Positions 1 to 10,589 of a DNA stretch of 64,000 bases are shown here, piece after piece. Source of the stretch: Leptogorgia sarmentosa. Lineage: Eukaryota. The stretch lies in NCBI GenBank assembly GCA_964658305.1, contig OZ210885.1:1-64000 (forward strand). The letters run 5' to 3'. Every line of letters begins with the position of its first letter. The stretch's first letter is position 1. A model generated the notes under the pieces. It was not told the DNA's origin. It made no database searches and saw only the letters and a program-made list of their open reading frames with translations. Position numbers and translations under genes: made by a program.

Positions 1-64
1 CCCTACCACCCTAACCCTAACCCTAACCCTAACCCTACCCCTAACCCTAACCCTAACCCTAACC
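1..64 (-). repeat. Canonical telomeric repeat (CCCTAA)n / (TTAGGG)n at the sequence end
   Basis: About 10 tandem CCCTAA units, a few imperfect, starting at base 1. The C-rich strand is on +, as expected at a left chromosome end. Confidence 0.93.
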
Positions 65-66
65 CA

Positions 67-1217
67 CTCCCTCTAACCCTCTAACCCCTCATAACCCCTC
101 TAACCCCTCTAACCCCTCTAACCCCTCTAACCCCTCTAAACCCCTCTAACCCCTCTAACCCTCAAACCCCTCTAACCCCTCTAACCCCTCTAACCCCTCT
201 AACCCCTCTAACCCCTCTAACCCCTCTAACCCCTCTAAACCCTCTAACCCCTCTAACCCCTCTAACCCCTCTAACCCCTCTAACCCCTCTAACCCCTCTA
301 ACCCCTCTAACCCCTCTAACCCCTCTAACCCCTCTAACCCCTCTAACCCCTCTAACCCCTCTAACCCCTCTAACCCCTCTAACCCCTCTAACCCCTCTAA
401 CCCCTCTAACCCCTCTAACCCCTCTAACCCCTCTAACCCCTCTAACCCCTCTAACCCTCTAACCCCTCTAACCCCTCTAACCCCTCTAACCCCTCTAACC
501 CCTCTAACCCCTCTAACCCCTCTAACCCCTCTAACCCCTCTAACCCCTCTAACCCCTCTAACCCCTCTAACCCCTCTAACCCCTCTAACCCCTCTAACCC
601 CTCTAACCCCTCTAACCCCTCTAACCCCTCTAACCCCTCTAACCCCTCTAACCCCTCTAACCCCTCTAACCCCTCTAACCCCTCTAACCCCTCTAACCCC
701 TCTAACCCCTCTAACCCCTCTAACCCCTCTAACCCCTCTAACCCCTCTAACCCCTCTAACCCCTCTAACCCCTCTAACCCCTCTAACCCCTCTAACCCCT
801 CTAACCCCTCTAACCCCTCTAACCCCTCTAACCCCTCTAACCCCTCTAACCCCTCTAACCCCTCTAACCCCTCTAACCCCTCTAACCCCTCTAACCCCTC
901 TAACCCCTCTAACCCCTCTAACCCCTCTAACCCCTCTAACCCCTCTAACCCCTCTAACCCCTCTAACCCCTCTAACCCCTCTAACCCCTCTAACCCCTCT
1001 AACCCCTCTAACCCCTCTAACCCCTCTAACCCCTCTAACCCCTCTAACCCCTCTAACCCCTCTAACCCCTCTAACCCCTCTAACCCCTCTAACCCCTCTA
1101 ACCCCTCTAACCCCTCTAACCCCTCTAACCCCTCTAACCCCTCTAACCCCTCTAACCCCTCTAACCCCTCTAACCCCTCTAACCCCTCTAACCCCTCTAA
1201 CCCCTCTAACCCCTCTA
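67..1217 (-). repeat. Telomere-variant 9-bp tandem array (CCCCTCTAA)n = (TTAGAGGGG)n
   Basis: About 1150 bp, roughly 127 copies, essentially perfect from about 455 to 1216. Same polarity as the CCCTAA tract. Source of the spurious (LEG)n ORF. Confidence 0.97.
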
Positions 1218-1224
1218 GAGGTTC

Positions 1225-1316
1225 TCCCGGAATTTGTTCCCCCGGAATTTGTTCCCCCGGAATTTGTACCCTCCGAATTTGTTCCCCCGGAATTTGTTCC
1301 CCCGGAATTTGTTCCC
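1225..1316. repeat. 15-bp minisatellite CCCCCGGAATTTGTT (about 6 copies)
   Basis: Direct tandem copies immediately proximal to the 9-mer array. They translate as GEQIP repeats on the minus strand. Confidence 0.9.
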
Positions 1317-1403
1317 TCTTAACCGTTGTCAAACACAATGTTCTGGGAATTCAACCCAGAAACCCACTTGGTGGGACCCAAACATGGACACTGTTTTGTG
1401 ACT

Positions 1404-2075
1404 TTCCACTCCCCAGCTATACGGGGTTTTCCCGTACTCCAGCCCTTGTGACACTGGACGGAGGTTTAAAAGGCCTGACGCTCGTGGGCGACGCACGTGG
1501 GTGCGACGCGCTTCGGTGCGACGCGCTTCGGTGCGACGCGCTTCGGTGCGACGCGCTTCGGTGCGACGCACTTGGGCGCAACGCACTGGCGTGCGACGCA
1601 CTTGGGTGCGACGCACGGGATTATAAACCTTCCACTCACCTGCTATACGGGGTTTTCCCCGTACTCCAGCCCTTGTGACACTGGACGGAGGTTTAAAAGG
1701 CCTGACGCTCGTGGGCGACGCACTTGGGTGCGACGCACTTGGGTCCGATGCACTTGGGTGCGATGCACGTGGGTGCGATGCACTTGGGTGCGACGCACTT
1801 GGGTGCGACGCACTTGGGTGCGACGCACTTCGGCTCGGCGCACTTGGGCGCGACGCGTTTCGGTGCGACGCACTTGGGCGCGACGCACTTGGGCGCGACG
1901 CGCTTCGGTGCGACGCACTTGGGCGCGACGCGCTTGGGCGCGAGGCACTTCGGCTCGAAGCACTAGGGCGCGACGCACTTGGGCGCGACGCACGGGATTA
2001 TAAACCTTCCACTCACCAGCTATACGGGTTTTACCCGTACTCCAGCCCTTGTGACACTGGATGGCGGTTTAGAAG
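1404..2075. repeat. Composite repeat: header of about 90 bp (TTCCACTC..GCTATACGG..CCCTTGTGACACTGGA) plus a CpG-rich 15-bp minisatellite GTGCGACGC(A/G)CTT(G/C)G
   Basis: Header at about 1404, 1630 and 2007, and again at about 3430. The 15-mer arrays lie at about 1485-1615 and 1712-1992, with different copy numbers. Confidence 0.9.
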
Positions 2076-2094
2076 GTGGTGGGACGACGAGGTG

Positions 2095-2690
2095 GGATGG
2101 GACCAGGGTGGGTGGGTGCCCTGCCAAATTGTAAAGTCTCAACCTGGTGACTAGTATACAGGCCGATCGTTCACGCATTGACAGACACCACTGGAGGTGG
2201 TGGTGGTGGGATGGGACCAGGGTGGAGGGTGCCCTGCCAAATTGTAAAGTCTCAACCTGGCTAGCACAGGCCGATCGTTCACGCATTGACAGACACCACT
2301 AGGGATCAAGGTGGTGGAGGGTGCCCTGCCAAGTTGTAAAGTCTCAACCTGCTGACTAGTATACAGGCCGATCGTTCACGCATTGGCAGACACCACTAGG
2401 GTTCAGGGTGGTGGAGGGTGCCCTGTCAAATTGTAAAGTCTCAACCTGGTGGGTAGCACAGGCCCGATCGTTCACGCATTGACAGACACCACTAGGGATC
2501 AAGGTGGTGGAGGGTGCCCTGCCAAGTTGTAAAGTCTCAACCTGCTGACTAGTATACAGGCCGATCGTTCACGCATTGGCAGACACCACTAGGGATCTTG
2601 GTGGTTGAGGGTGCCCTGTCAAATTGTAAAGTCTCAACCTGGTGGCTAGCACAGGCCCGATCGTTCACGCATTGACAGACACCACATAGG
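2095..2690. repeat. Tandem repeat of about 96 bp (6 copies; GGGTGCCCTGCCAAATTGTAAAGTCTCAACCTG...GATCGTTCACGCATTGACAGACACCAC)
   Basis: The unit core recurs at about 2118, 2231, 2323, 2420, 2516 and 2612. Confidence 0.92.
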
Positions 2691-3534
2691 GTGGAGGAAC
2701 GGTGGACCGTTCCATGGGTTTCAGCATCGACACACTTCCCCAATTCGCACATCAACTCCCAAACGCCACCGGGGACGCCTGCTTCTCAATTCAGCCGTCC
2801 AAGACGACCTTTACTTTTATTGTGCCCATAGGCACCCAACTTGGCGAGCCGGTCTCTCGCACATGTAACAAAGTCAACTTGCACACACTCAATCGGGGTG
2901 GAAAAAGAGAAACAGAGCCGTCGTTCGCAAACCAAGACAGCCGACCGCTCTTCTACCTCGCCGAATGAGACACTTCGCCAATTCGCACTTCAACTCGTGG
3001 GGCACTTGCCTCACATCGATGGCGCCAAACGGCAACCATCGCAGAAGCGGACTCTTTCCAACCAACATCCTCTGAACATTGCGCCGGACGGGCCGTGGCA
3101 GCCGCCGGCGCCCTTTTCGCGCATGCTGCAAGGAGGCCACCGCGAAGGCCTATGTTCGCCTCGAAGGACTGCCACGGTCATCTGACACATGATCCCCGAC
3201 GGAGGATGCAATCAGCCTTCAACAAAATTTCCGAATTTCACTTGAATTAAAGCGGGTTAAAGTGTGAGGAGGATGTTTCTCGAATGTAACAAAACAAACG
3301 TCACACCCAATTTCACAAGCCAGTCTCTAGCACATATAACAAAGTTAAAAGCCATTAAAAATAAACTCGTGAGACCAGGCAATGGCAAGGTGCATCGCTG
3401 GTATAATCTTGCATCTCGATAGTTCTACCTTCCACTCACCAGCTATACGGTTTTACCCGTACTCCAACCCTTGTGACACTGGACGGCGGTTTAAAAAGTA
3501 CGGCAGAAAAATTCATTGCTGTTATTATCGCAAC

Positions 3535-3971
3535 GTCGCGCTTGTTCCGACGCCCGAGCGAAGGTGCGACGCTTCAGCACCATCCATTTTCAGGGCTAGT
3601 TGTTTCGGCACATAAGTTGTTACACACTCCTTAGCCGATTGCGCTTTTCATGTGTCAATGAGCGGTCCTGCTGTCAATATCAACTAACACCTTTTGCTGG
3701 GTCTGATGAGCGTCGAATTGGCACCTTAACTCTGCGTTCGGTTCATCCCGTATCGACAGTTCTGTCTACCAAAAGTGGCCCGCTAAGATACGCTTTCGGG
3801 TCCCAACAGATACGCTCTTACTCAAACCTTTCTGAGTGCAGATTAGCTTGGTCGATGATGCTGCAAACGCCACGAGAGACGCCCGCTTCTCACCTCAGCC
3901 GTCTACGACGACCTTTACTTTCATTCTGCCCATGGGTTTCGATCACCCGGAGACTTGCGCACATGTTAGAC
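3535..3971 (-). pseudogene. Degenerate 28S (LSU) rRNA fragment, internally deleted, copy 1
   Basis: The + strand matches the reverse complement of conserved eukaryotic LSU motifs: CCATCCATTTTCAGGGCTAGTTG..TTCGGC, GTTGTTACACACTCCTTAGC, GGGTCTGATGAGCGTC, CGTTCGGTTCATCCCG, ACCAAAAGTGGCCC. It then jumps to TTTCGGGTCCCAACAG..GCTCTTACTCAAA..GGTCGATG and CCTTTACTTTCATT..GGGTTT..GCGCACATGTTAGAC (D3 region). Many substitutions. Recognised from memory, not by alignment. Confidence 0.85.
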
Positions 3972-4160
3972 AATTGTAACTTTTCTGACACAAATTTGAA
4001 AGTGTGAAAAAAGAGAAAAACTGGAGAGGCCGGGCAATGGCGAAATGACGCACTATTTCAACCTCGAGATCGGTCTACCCATCCACCCATTTAAGAACGG
4101 AAACCGTGCACCTCCCTTTTGGTTGTAAGGTTCACAACCCTGACACCAGCCAGAGTGAAA

Positions 4161-4550
4161 ACGACCCTCCTACTGGTTGGAGCGTCGCGCTTGTTCTGAC
4201 GGCCGAGTATAGGTGCGACGCTTCAGCACCATCCAATTTCAGGGCTAGTTGTTTCGGCAGGTGAGTTCTTACACAATCCTTAGCAGATAGCGATTTTCAT
4301 GTGTCAATGAGCGGTCCTGCTGTAAATGTCAACTAACACCTTTTCCTGGATCTGATGAGCGTCGACTTTGGCACCTAAACTCCACGTTCACTTTATCCCG
4401 CATCGCCAGTTCTCTTTACCAAAAGTGGCCCGCTAAGATTCGCTTTCGGATCCCAACAGATACACTCTTACTCAAACCTTTCTGACAGCAGAATAGGTTG
4501 GTCGATGATTCACCTCAGCCGTCCAAGACGACATTTACTTTCATTGTGCC
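4161..4550 (-). pseudogene. Degenerate 28S (LSU) rRNA fragment, copy 2
   Basis: ACCCTCCTACT..GACGGCCGAGTATAGG..GACGCTTCAGC.CCATCCA.TTTCAGGGCTAGTTG.TTCGGCAGGTGAGTT..CATCGCCAGTTCT..TTACCAAAAGTGGCCC. It has the same internal junction as copy 1 with independent substitutions. Confidence 0.85.
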
Positions 4551-7500
4551 CATAGGCACCCAACTTCGCGAGCCAGTCTCTCGCACATATAACAAAGTGA
4601 ACTTCCAAACACTCTACCAACTGGCAAAAGAGAAGCAGAACCATCGTTTGCAAAACAAGGCAGCCGACCGCTCTTCTACCTCGCCGAATGAGACACTTCC
4701 CCAATTCGCACTTCAACTCGCAAACGCCACGAGGGACGCCCGCTTCTCACCTTTACTTTCATTGTGCCCTTAGGCACGCAACTTCGCGAGCCAGTCTCTC
4801 GCTCATATAACAAAGTCAACTTGCGCACACTAAATCGGGGTGGAAAAAGAGAAGCAGAGCCATCGTTTGCAAACGAAAGCAGCCGACCGCTCTTCTACCT
4901 CGCCGAATGACACACTTCGCCAATTCGCACTTAAACTCGTGGGGCACTTGCCTCACAACGATGGCACCACACGGCGACCATCGCAGAAACGGACTCTTTC
5001 CAACCAACATCCTCTGAACATTGGGCTGGACGGGCCGTGGTGGCCGCCGGCAGCCTCTTCGTGCATGCTGCAAGGAGGCCCTCGCTAAAGTCCATTTTCG
5101 CCTCAAAGGTGCGTCGCGGTGATCTGACACATGATCCTTCATGCCGCAAATGCCACGAGGGACGCCCGGCATCTCACCTCAGTCGTCTAGGACGACATTT
5201 ACTTTGACTGTGCCCATAGGCACCCTACTTCACGAGCCAGTCTCTCGCACATATAACAAAGTGAACTTCCAAACACTCCAATGGAGTGGCAAAGGAGAAG
5301 CAGAGCCGTCGTTCGCAAACGAAGGCAGCCGACCGATCTTCTACCTCGCTGAATTAGACACTTCCCCAATTCGCACTTCAACTCGTGTGGCGCTTGATTC
5401 ACATCGATGGCACCATACGGGAACCATCGCAGAAACGGGCTCTTTCAACCCAACATTCTCCGGACATTGGGCCCGACGGGCCGTTGAAGACGACCTTTAC
5501 TTTCATTGTGCCCATAGGCACCCACATTCGCGAGCCAGTCTCTCGCACATATAACAAAGTGAACTTCCAAACACTCCAATGGAGTGGCAAAGGAGAAGCA
5601 GAGCCGTCGTTCGGAAACGAAGGCAGCCGACCGTTCTCCCACCTCGCTGAATGAGACACTTCCCCAATTCCCACTTCAACTTGTGTGCCGCTTGATTCAC
5701 ATCGATGGCACCACACGGGAACCATCGCAGAAACGGGCTCTTTCAACCCAACATTCTCCGTACATTGGGCCCGACAGGCCGTTGAAGACGACCTTTACTT
5801 TCATTGTGCCCATAGGCACCCACATTCGCGAGCCAGTCTCTCGCACATATAACAAAGTCAACTTGCACACACTCAATCGGGGTGGAAAAAGAGAAGCAGA
5901 GCCGTCCTTCGCAAACGAACGCAGCCGACCGGTCTTCTGCCTCGCCGAATGAGACACTTCGCCAATTCGCACTTCAACTCGCAAACGCCAGGAGGGATGC
6001 CCCCTTCTCCCCTCAGCCGTCTACGACGACCTTTACTTTCACTGTGCCCATAGGCACCCACATTCGCGAGCCAGTCTCTCGCATATATAACAAAGTGAAC
6101 TTGCACAGACTCAATCGGGGTGGAAAAAGAGAAACAGGGCAGTCGTTCACAAACGAAGGCAGCCGACCACTCTTCTCCCTCGCTGAATGAGACACTTTGC
6201 CAATTCGCACTTCAACTCGTGTGGCGCTTGATTCACATTGATGGCACCACACGGAAACCATCGCAGAAACGGGCTGTTTCAACCCAACATCCTCCGGACA
6301 TTGGGCCGGACGGGCCGTCGCGGAAGCCGGCACTCTCTTCGTGCATGCGGCAACGACGCCGCCGCGAAAGTCTATGTTCGCCTCGAAGGGCTGCCGCGCT
6401 GATCTGACACATGAACCCTCATGCCGCAAACGCCACGACGGACGGCAGCATCTCCCCTCAGCCGTCTACGACGACCTTTACTTTCACTGTGCCAATACGC
6501 ACCCAACTTCGCGAGCCAGTCTCTCCCACATATAACAAATTCTACCGAAGTGGCAAAAGAGAAGCAGAGCCGTCGTTCGCAAACGAAAGCAGCCGATCGC
6601 TTTTTCACCTCGCCGAATGTGACAATTCGCACATGAACTCGCAAACGCCACGAGGGACGCCAGCATCTCCACTCAGCCGTCTACGACGACCTTTACTTTC
6701 ATTGGGCCCATAGGCACCCACATTGGCGAGCCAGTCTCTCGCACATATAACAAAGTGAACTTGCACACACTCAATCGGAGTGGAAAAAGAGAAGCAGGGC
6801 AGTCGTTCACAAACGAAAGCAGCCGACCACTCTTCTACCTCGCCGAATGAGACACTTTGCCAATTCACACTTCAACTTGTGGGGGACTTGCCTCACATCG
6901 ATGGCACCACACAGGAACCATCGCAGAAACGGGCTCTTTCAACCCAACATCCTCCGAACATTGGGCCAAACGGGCCGTGCCAGCAGCTGGCGCCCTCTTC
7001 GTGCATGCAGCAACGAGGCCGCCACGGTGATCTGATACGTGGTTTTTCATGCACCAAACGCCAACAGGGATGCCCGCTTCTCACCTCAGCCGTCCAGGAC
7101 GACCTTTACTTTCATTGTGCCCATAGGCACCCACATTCGCGAGCCAGTCTCTCGCACTTATAACAAAGTGAACTTGCAACCCCTCTATCGAAGAGGCAAA
7201 AGAGAAGCAGAGCCGTCGTTCGCAAACGAAGGCAATCCTTCTACCTCGCCGAATGAAACACTTCGCCTTTCAACTCGTGTGGCACTTGTTTCACATCGAT
7301 GGCACCACATAGGAACCATCGCAGAAACGGGCTTCTTCAGCCCAACATTCTCCGGACATTGGGCCAAACGGGCCGTGCCAGCAGCTGGCGCCCTCTTCGT
7401 GCATGCTGCAAGGAGGCCGCCGCGGTGATCTGATACATGGTCCTTCATGCAACAAATGCCAAGAGGGTTGCCCGCTTCTCACCTCAGCCGTCCAGGACGA

Positions 7501-8192
7501 CCTTTACTTTCATTGTGCCCATAGGCACCCACATTCGCGAGCCAGCCTCTCGCACATATAACAAAGTGAACTTGCAACCACTCTACCGAAGAGGCAAAAG
7601 AGAAGCAGAGCCGTCGTTCGTAAATGAAGGCAGCCGACCGCTCTTCTACCTCGCGGAATGAGACACTTCGCCAATTCGCACATGAACTCGCAAATGCCAC
7701 GAGCGACGCCAGCACCTCCCCTCAGCCGTCTACGACGACATTTACTTTCATTGTGCCCATAGGCACCCACATTCGCGAGCCAGTCTCTCGCACATATAAC
7801 AAAGTGAACTTGCACACACTCCAACGGAGTGGCAAAGGAGAAGCAGAGCCGTCGTTCGCAAACGAAGGCAACCGACCGCTCTTCTACCTCACCGAACCAT
7901 CGCAGAAACGGGCTCCTTCAACCCAACATTCTCCGGACATTGGGCCAAACGGGCCGTGCCGGCCGCCGGCGCCCTCTTCGTGCATGCTGACGAGTCGTTA
8001 AATGCAGTACTGCTCCGGCAGGGAGGAAAGCCCTGGGTCGAATAATATTATACTGTAATTCTGACTCTAAACCAAAACTAAAGTATTTTCTCCGTCTATT
8101 TTCTTTTGTAATCCAGACCCAAACATTAATCTGACCCTAACAATATAAACGTTGAAAAAAATTGAACAAGAAAAGACCAAACAAAATTCCAA

Positions 8193-8265
8193 GGCGAAGG
8201 CGGGGGGATCGAACACGCGCCCCGCACCCACAAAGCGGGTACCGTGAGCTAACGAAGCTCGACGA
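8193..8265 (-). pseudogene. tRNA-like / Pol III relic (tRNA pseudogene or tRNA-derived SINE head)
   Basis: The minus strand reads ..GTTAGCTCACGGT..GCGCGTGTTCGATCCCCCCGCC.. with an A-box-like motif and the B-box GTTCGATCC, followed by T-rich sequence. No clean cloverleaf or anticodon can be assigned. Confidence 0.4.
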
Positions 8266-9120
8266 AATTCGCCGGGAAAGAAGTATTTATAGCACGCAGG
8301 CGCACTATAATACAAGATGGCCGAAGCAGTACTGGATTTAACAGCTCGTACAAAACAGGATTTAGCCGCAAGTATCTTTCAATGAAGTAACCACCATCAA
8401 TATTCAATATATCGTACCCGAAATGAGAAAATACTTTTAACTTTGCTGCACTATCTGGCATTGTGTGTGTGTTTTTAAATTGTTAACAAACTGTTCCTTC
8501 AACCTTCTTGGTAAGATCTGGAGATTAGAAAAAGTAGGAGGACAAAAATCCTTCCAGGGTTTCCTCACAAACCTAAAATCACTCACTCACTTTGCCCTTC
8601 GGATTATACACGTGGTCGCTGTGACCTCACGTGCAAAGGATACATCACGCACTTCCACCCACGCGGTATCCAGCCCCGTGTCCACGCGCGGTAACTTTCA
8701 GCTTTATCCCCCATTGTATTTTTGTACCCCTCTCCTGCTAAATTACTAATGATCCACTAATAGCCTCCCTTCAGCTTCGTCTATAATTACTCATTTGTAA
8801 CCCTCTCTCATGCACGCTAAACATGCGTGCACACAACAATCAACAAACCGAAGAAATAACAAAATGAATTACTAATAAGAATATTTATTTTTATTCTAAC
8901 CACTTACACCCTTACATCATCAGGCACAACAGTGTGGATGATAAAACATTTTCTTCACTGAAACTTCAGCCAGCAGAAAACCATACTTTTACTGGAGTAC
9001 ACCATCTTAGTGTTCTGGGAATTTAACCCAGAGGCCGACAGACAAACTCTTCTATTTTCATTCTTTGCTTATGCTAATTCGCTTGGTTTCATCGACCCCC
9101 AAACAAGGACACTGTTTTTG

Positions 9121-9156
9121 AGGGAGAAACCGGAGCACCCGGAGAAAAACCCTCTA
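9121..9156 (-). mobile_element. SINE central-domain-like motif (V-SINE-type) fragment
   Basis: Minus strand GGGTTTTTCTCCGGGTGCTCCGGTTTCTCCC resembles the conserved GGGTTT.CTCCGGGT.CTCCGGTTTCCTCCC core of V-domain SINEs of aquatic metazoans. The rest of the element is not recognisable. Confidence 0.55.
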
Positions 9157-9677
9157 AGCTAACTAAGCTAACTTCGACCATTTGCATATAGCTCGGTCGG
9201 AGGAGAGTAATCCTGAAATGCAATGCAAGCTATATCCTATGCTCATGCATATCCTATGCCCTATGCACATCCGAATAACTTCGCATATTTCGATTGTTTC
9301 GGACATACAGAAAATACAAATGATGGTACCGATCATTTGTATTAAATCATTGTTCGAAACAATCAGGTTAAAAAACAGCGCTGCAAGGCCTTAGACGGTA
9401 AAGGCAAAAACGATTATAGCTTGCATATACACAAGGATCGAAAAAAAGAAGGGCACCCCCGGGACTAAACTATCTACCTATTATACAGCGTCCTCGCTGA
9501 TCAGTGTCCAAGATAACATGTCCATCTTTCCATTCCACCAGTTGATCTTCAAAAATAAAAATGTCACACTTTAATAAATAATAGAACTGTGAGACCAGAC
9601 AATTAGTATAAAAAGGACTTTCCATGCAATTAATTCAACCACATGAGGATAACACACAACAGACTTGTCACTATTAC

Positions 9678-10340
9678 CTTCAAACGGTATGCACAGCTTG
9701 ACCAGTGTTACAGGCATAATCCAAACGGATCCCAATTATGCCAAGCCTGAGAGTTTTGTATAAATCATAAGGTTAGTCTTTCTCAACTTTTCTTCAGTTT
9801 CCCAGACTACACGAAAAAGAGATACTTAATAGACCGATCTAGTATGAATATCAGATGTAAAACATGGTCAATATATAAGAGACCCTAATTTGTCAAACCT
9901 TTACAACTAAAAGTTATCCAATCGATAAAATTGCAAATTACCTTCCTCTCCCAACACTGTTTCTTTGTGATTAACATTTCTCCACGACAATGCAGCAATG
10001 GTCCACTGAACTGGTTAATCTTCAAAATTAAAAGTCTAACGATTAACAAAAATGAAAAATGTAACTGCAAACTAATAAGTGTTACGTACCTTCAAACGTT
10101 GGATAGGTCGACCAGTTTTACACACAATCCAAACGGAGCCAATCACGCCAAGCCTGAAAAAAAAGTCATAATTCAAAGAGTTAGTTTGGTTTCCTACAGT
10201 ACATTGATAAGAAATTATCCTTACAAGACCTATGTAGTCCCAATGTCAGTTAATCAACATTTGTTGAACCTGAACTTACAGAAAGAATACCTTAGAACTG
10301 ACAAACCTATACAAGCACCAATGGAGTATCCCACAGTCGA
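9678..10340 (-). pseudogene. Relic of a spliced gene: short AG/GT-bounded exons encoding a transmembrane-like segment
   Basis: Candidate exons about 10340-10291, 10153-10090 (tttttttcag| .. |gtacg), 10005-9942 (..|gtaatt) and 9746-9678 (diverged duplicate of 10153-10090). The first three splice in frame to STVGYSIGACIGLSVLRLGVIGSVWIVCKTGRPIQRLKWTIAALSWRNVNHKETVLGEE, with in-frame stops on either side. Confidence 0.4.
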
Positions 10341-10351
10341 TCAGAGCAGTC

Positions 10352-10572
10352 GTTTCCACTCCAAAATCGGTTTCCTTTCCACTCCAAAATGGGTTTCCTC
10401 TCCACTCCAAAATGGGTTTCCTTTTCACTCCAAACGGGCAATGAATTCCACTCCAAAATAGGTTTCCTTTTGACTCCAAAATGGGTTTCCTTTCCACTCC
10501 AAAATGGGTTTCCTTTCCACTTGAAAAGGGCAGTCAATTCTACTCCAAAATGAGTTTACTTTCCACTCCAAA
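10352..10572. repeat. Minisatellite of about 21-22 bp, TTTCCACTCCAAAATGGGTTTCC
   Basis: About 10 tandem imperfect copies. Confidence 0.88.
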
Positions 10573-10589
10573 CAGGCAGTCAATTCCGG

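Larger units (their letters stand above)
2730..7990. repeat. Mosaic GC-rich subtelomeric repeat with variable units of about 240-450 bp built from shuffled modules
   Basis: The modules CCTCAGCCGTC..ACGACCTTTACTTTCATTGTGCCCATAGGCACCC..GAGCCAGTCTCTCGCACATATAACAAAGT, GAAGCAGAGCCGTCGTTCGCAAACGAAGGCAGCCGACC and CATCGATGGCACCACAC..CCATCGCAGAAACGGGCTCTTTC recur many times, the first two more than 10 times, in varying combinations. Confidence 0.9.

Noticed and set aside
451..1338. 295-aa ORF of LEG and GEQIP repeats (collagen-like Gly every third residue)
   Set aside because: It is the translation of the 9-bp telomere-variant array and the 15-bp minisatellite, with no synonymous codon variation.
1485..1992. 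Derivation of the GTGCGACGC 15-mer from 28S GGTGCGACGCTTC
   Set aside because: The match is only about 10 bp, too short to support homology.
3700..3730. CTGATGAG suggesting a hammerhead ribozyme core (also at about 4352)
   Set aside because: It is part of the antisense 28S sequence GGGTCTGATGAGCGTC, and no correctly placed GAAA or stems follow.
3535..4550. Functional rRNA gene
   Set aside because: Only about 400-bp fragments, internally deleted and mutated at conserved positions, with no 18S or 5.8S nearby.
1329..8001. Numerous overlapping 60-170 aa ORFs (CDALG, RRTWV and TTFTFIVPIGT repeats)
   Set aside because: These are stop-poor GC-rich tandem repeats open in several frames on both strands, with frames not conserved between copies.
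9931..10461. 176-aa plus-strand ORF
   Set aside because: It has a non-ATG start, runs into the 21-bp minisatellite and has no recognisable domain. Splice signals favour the opposite strand.
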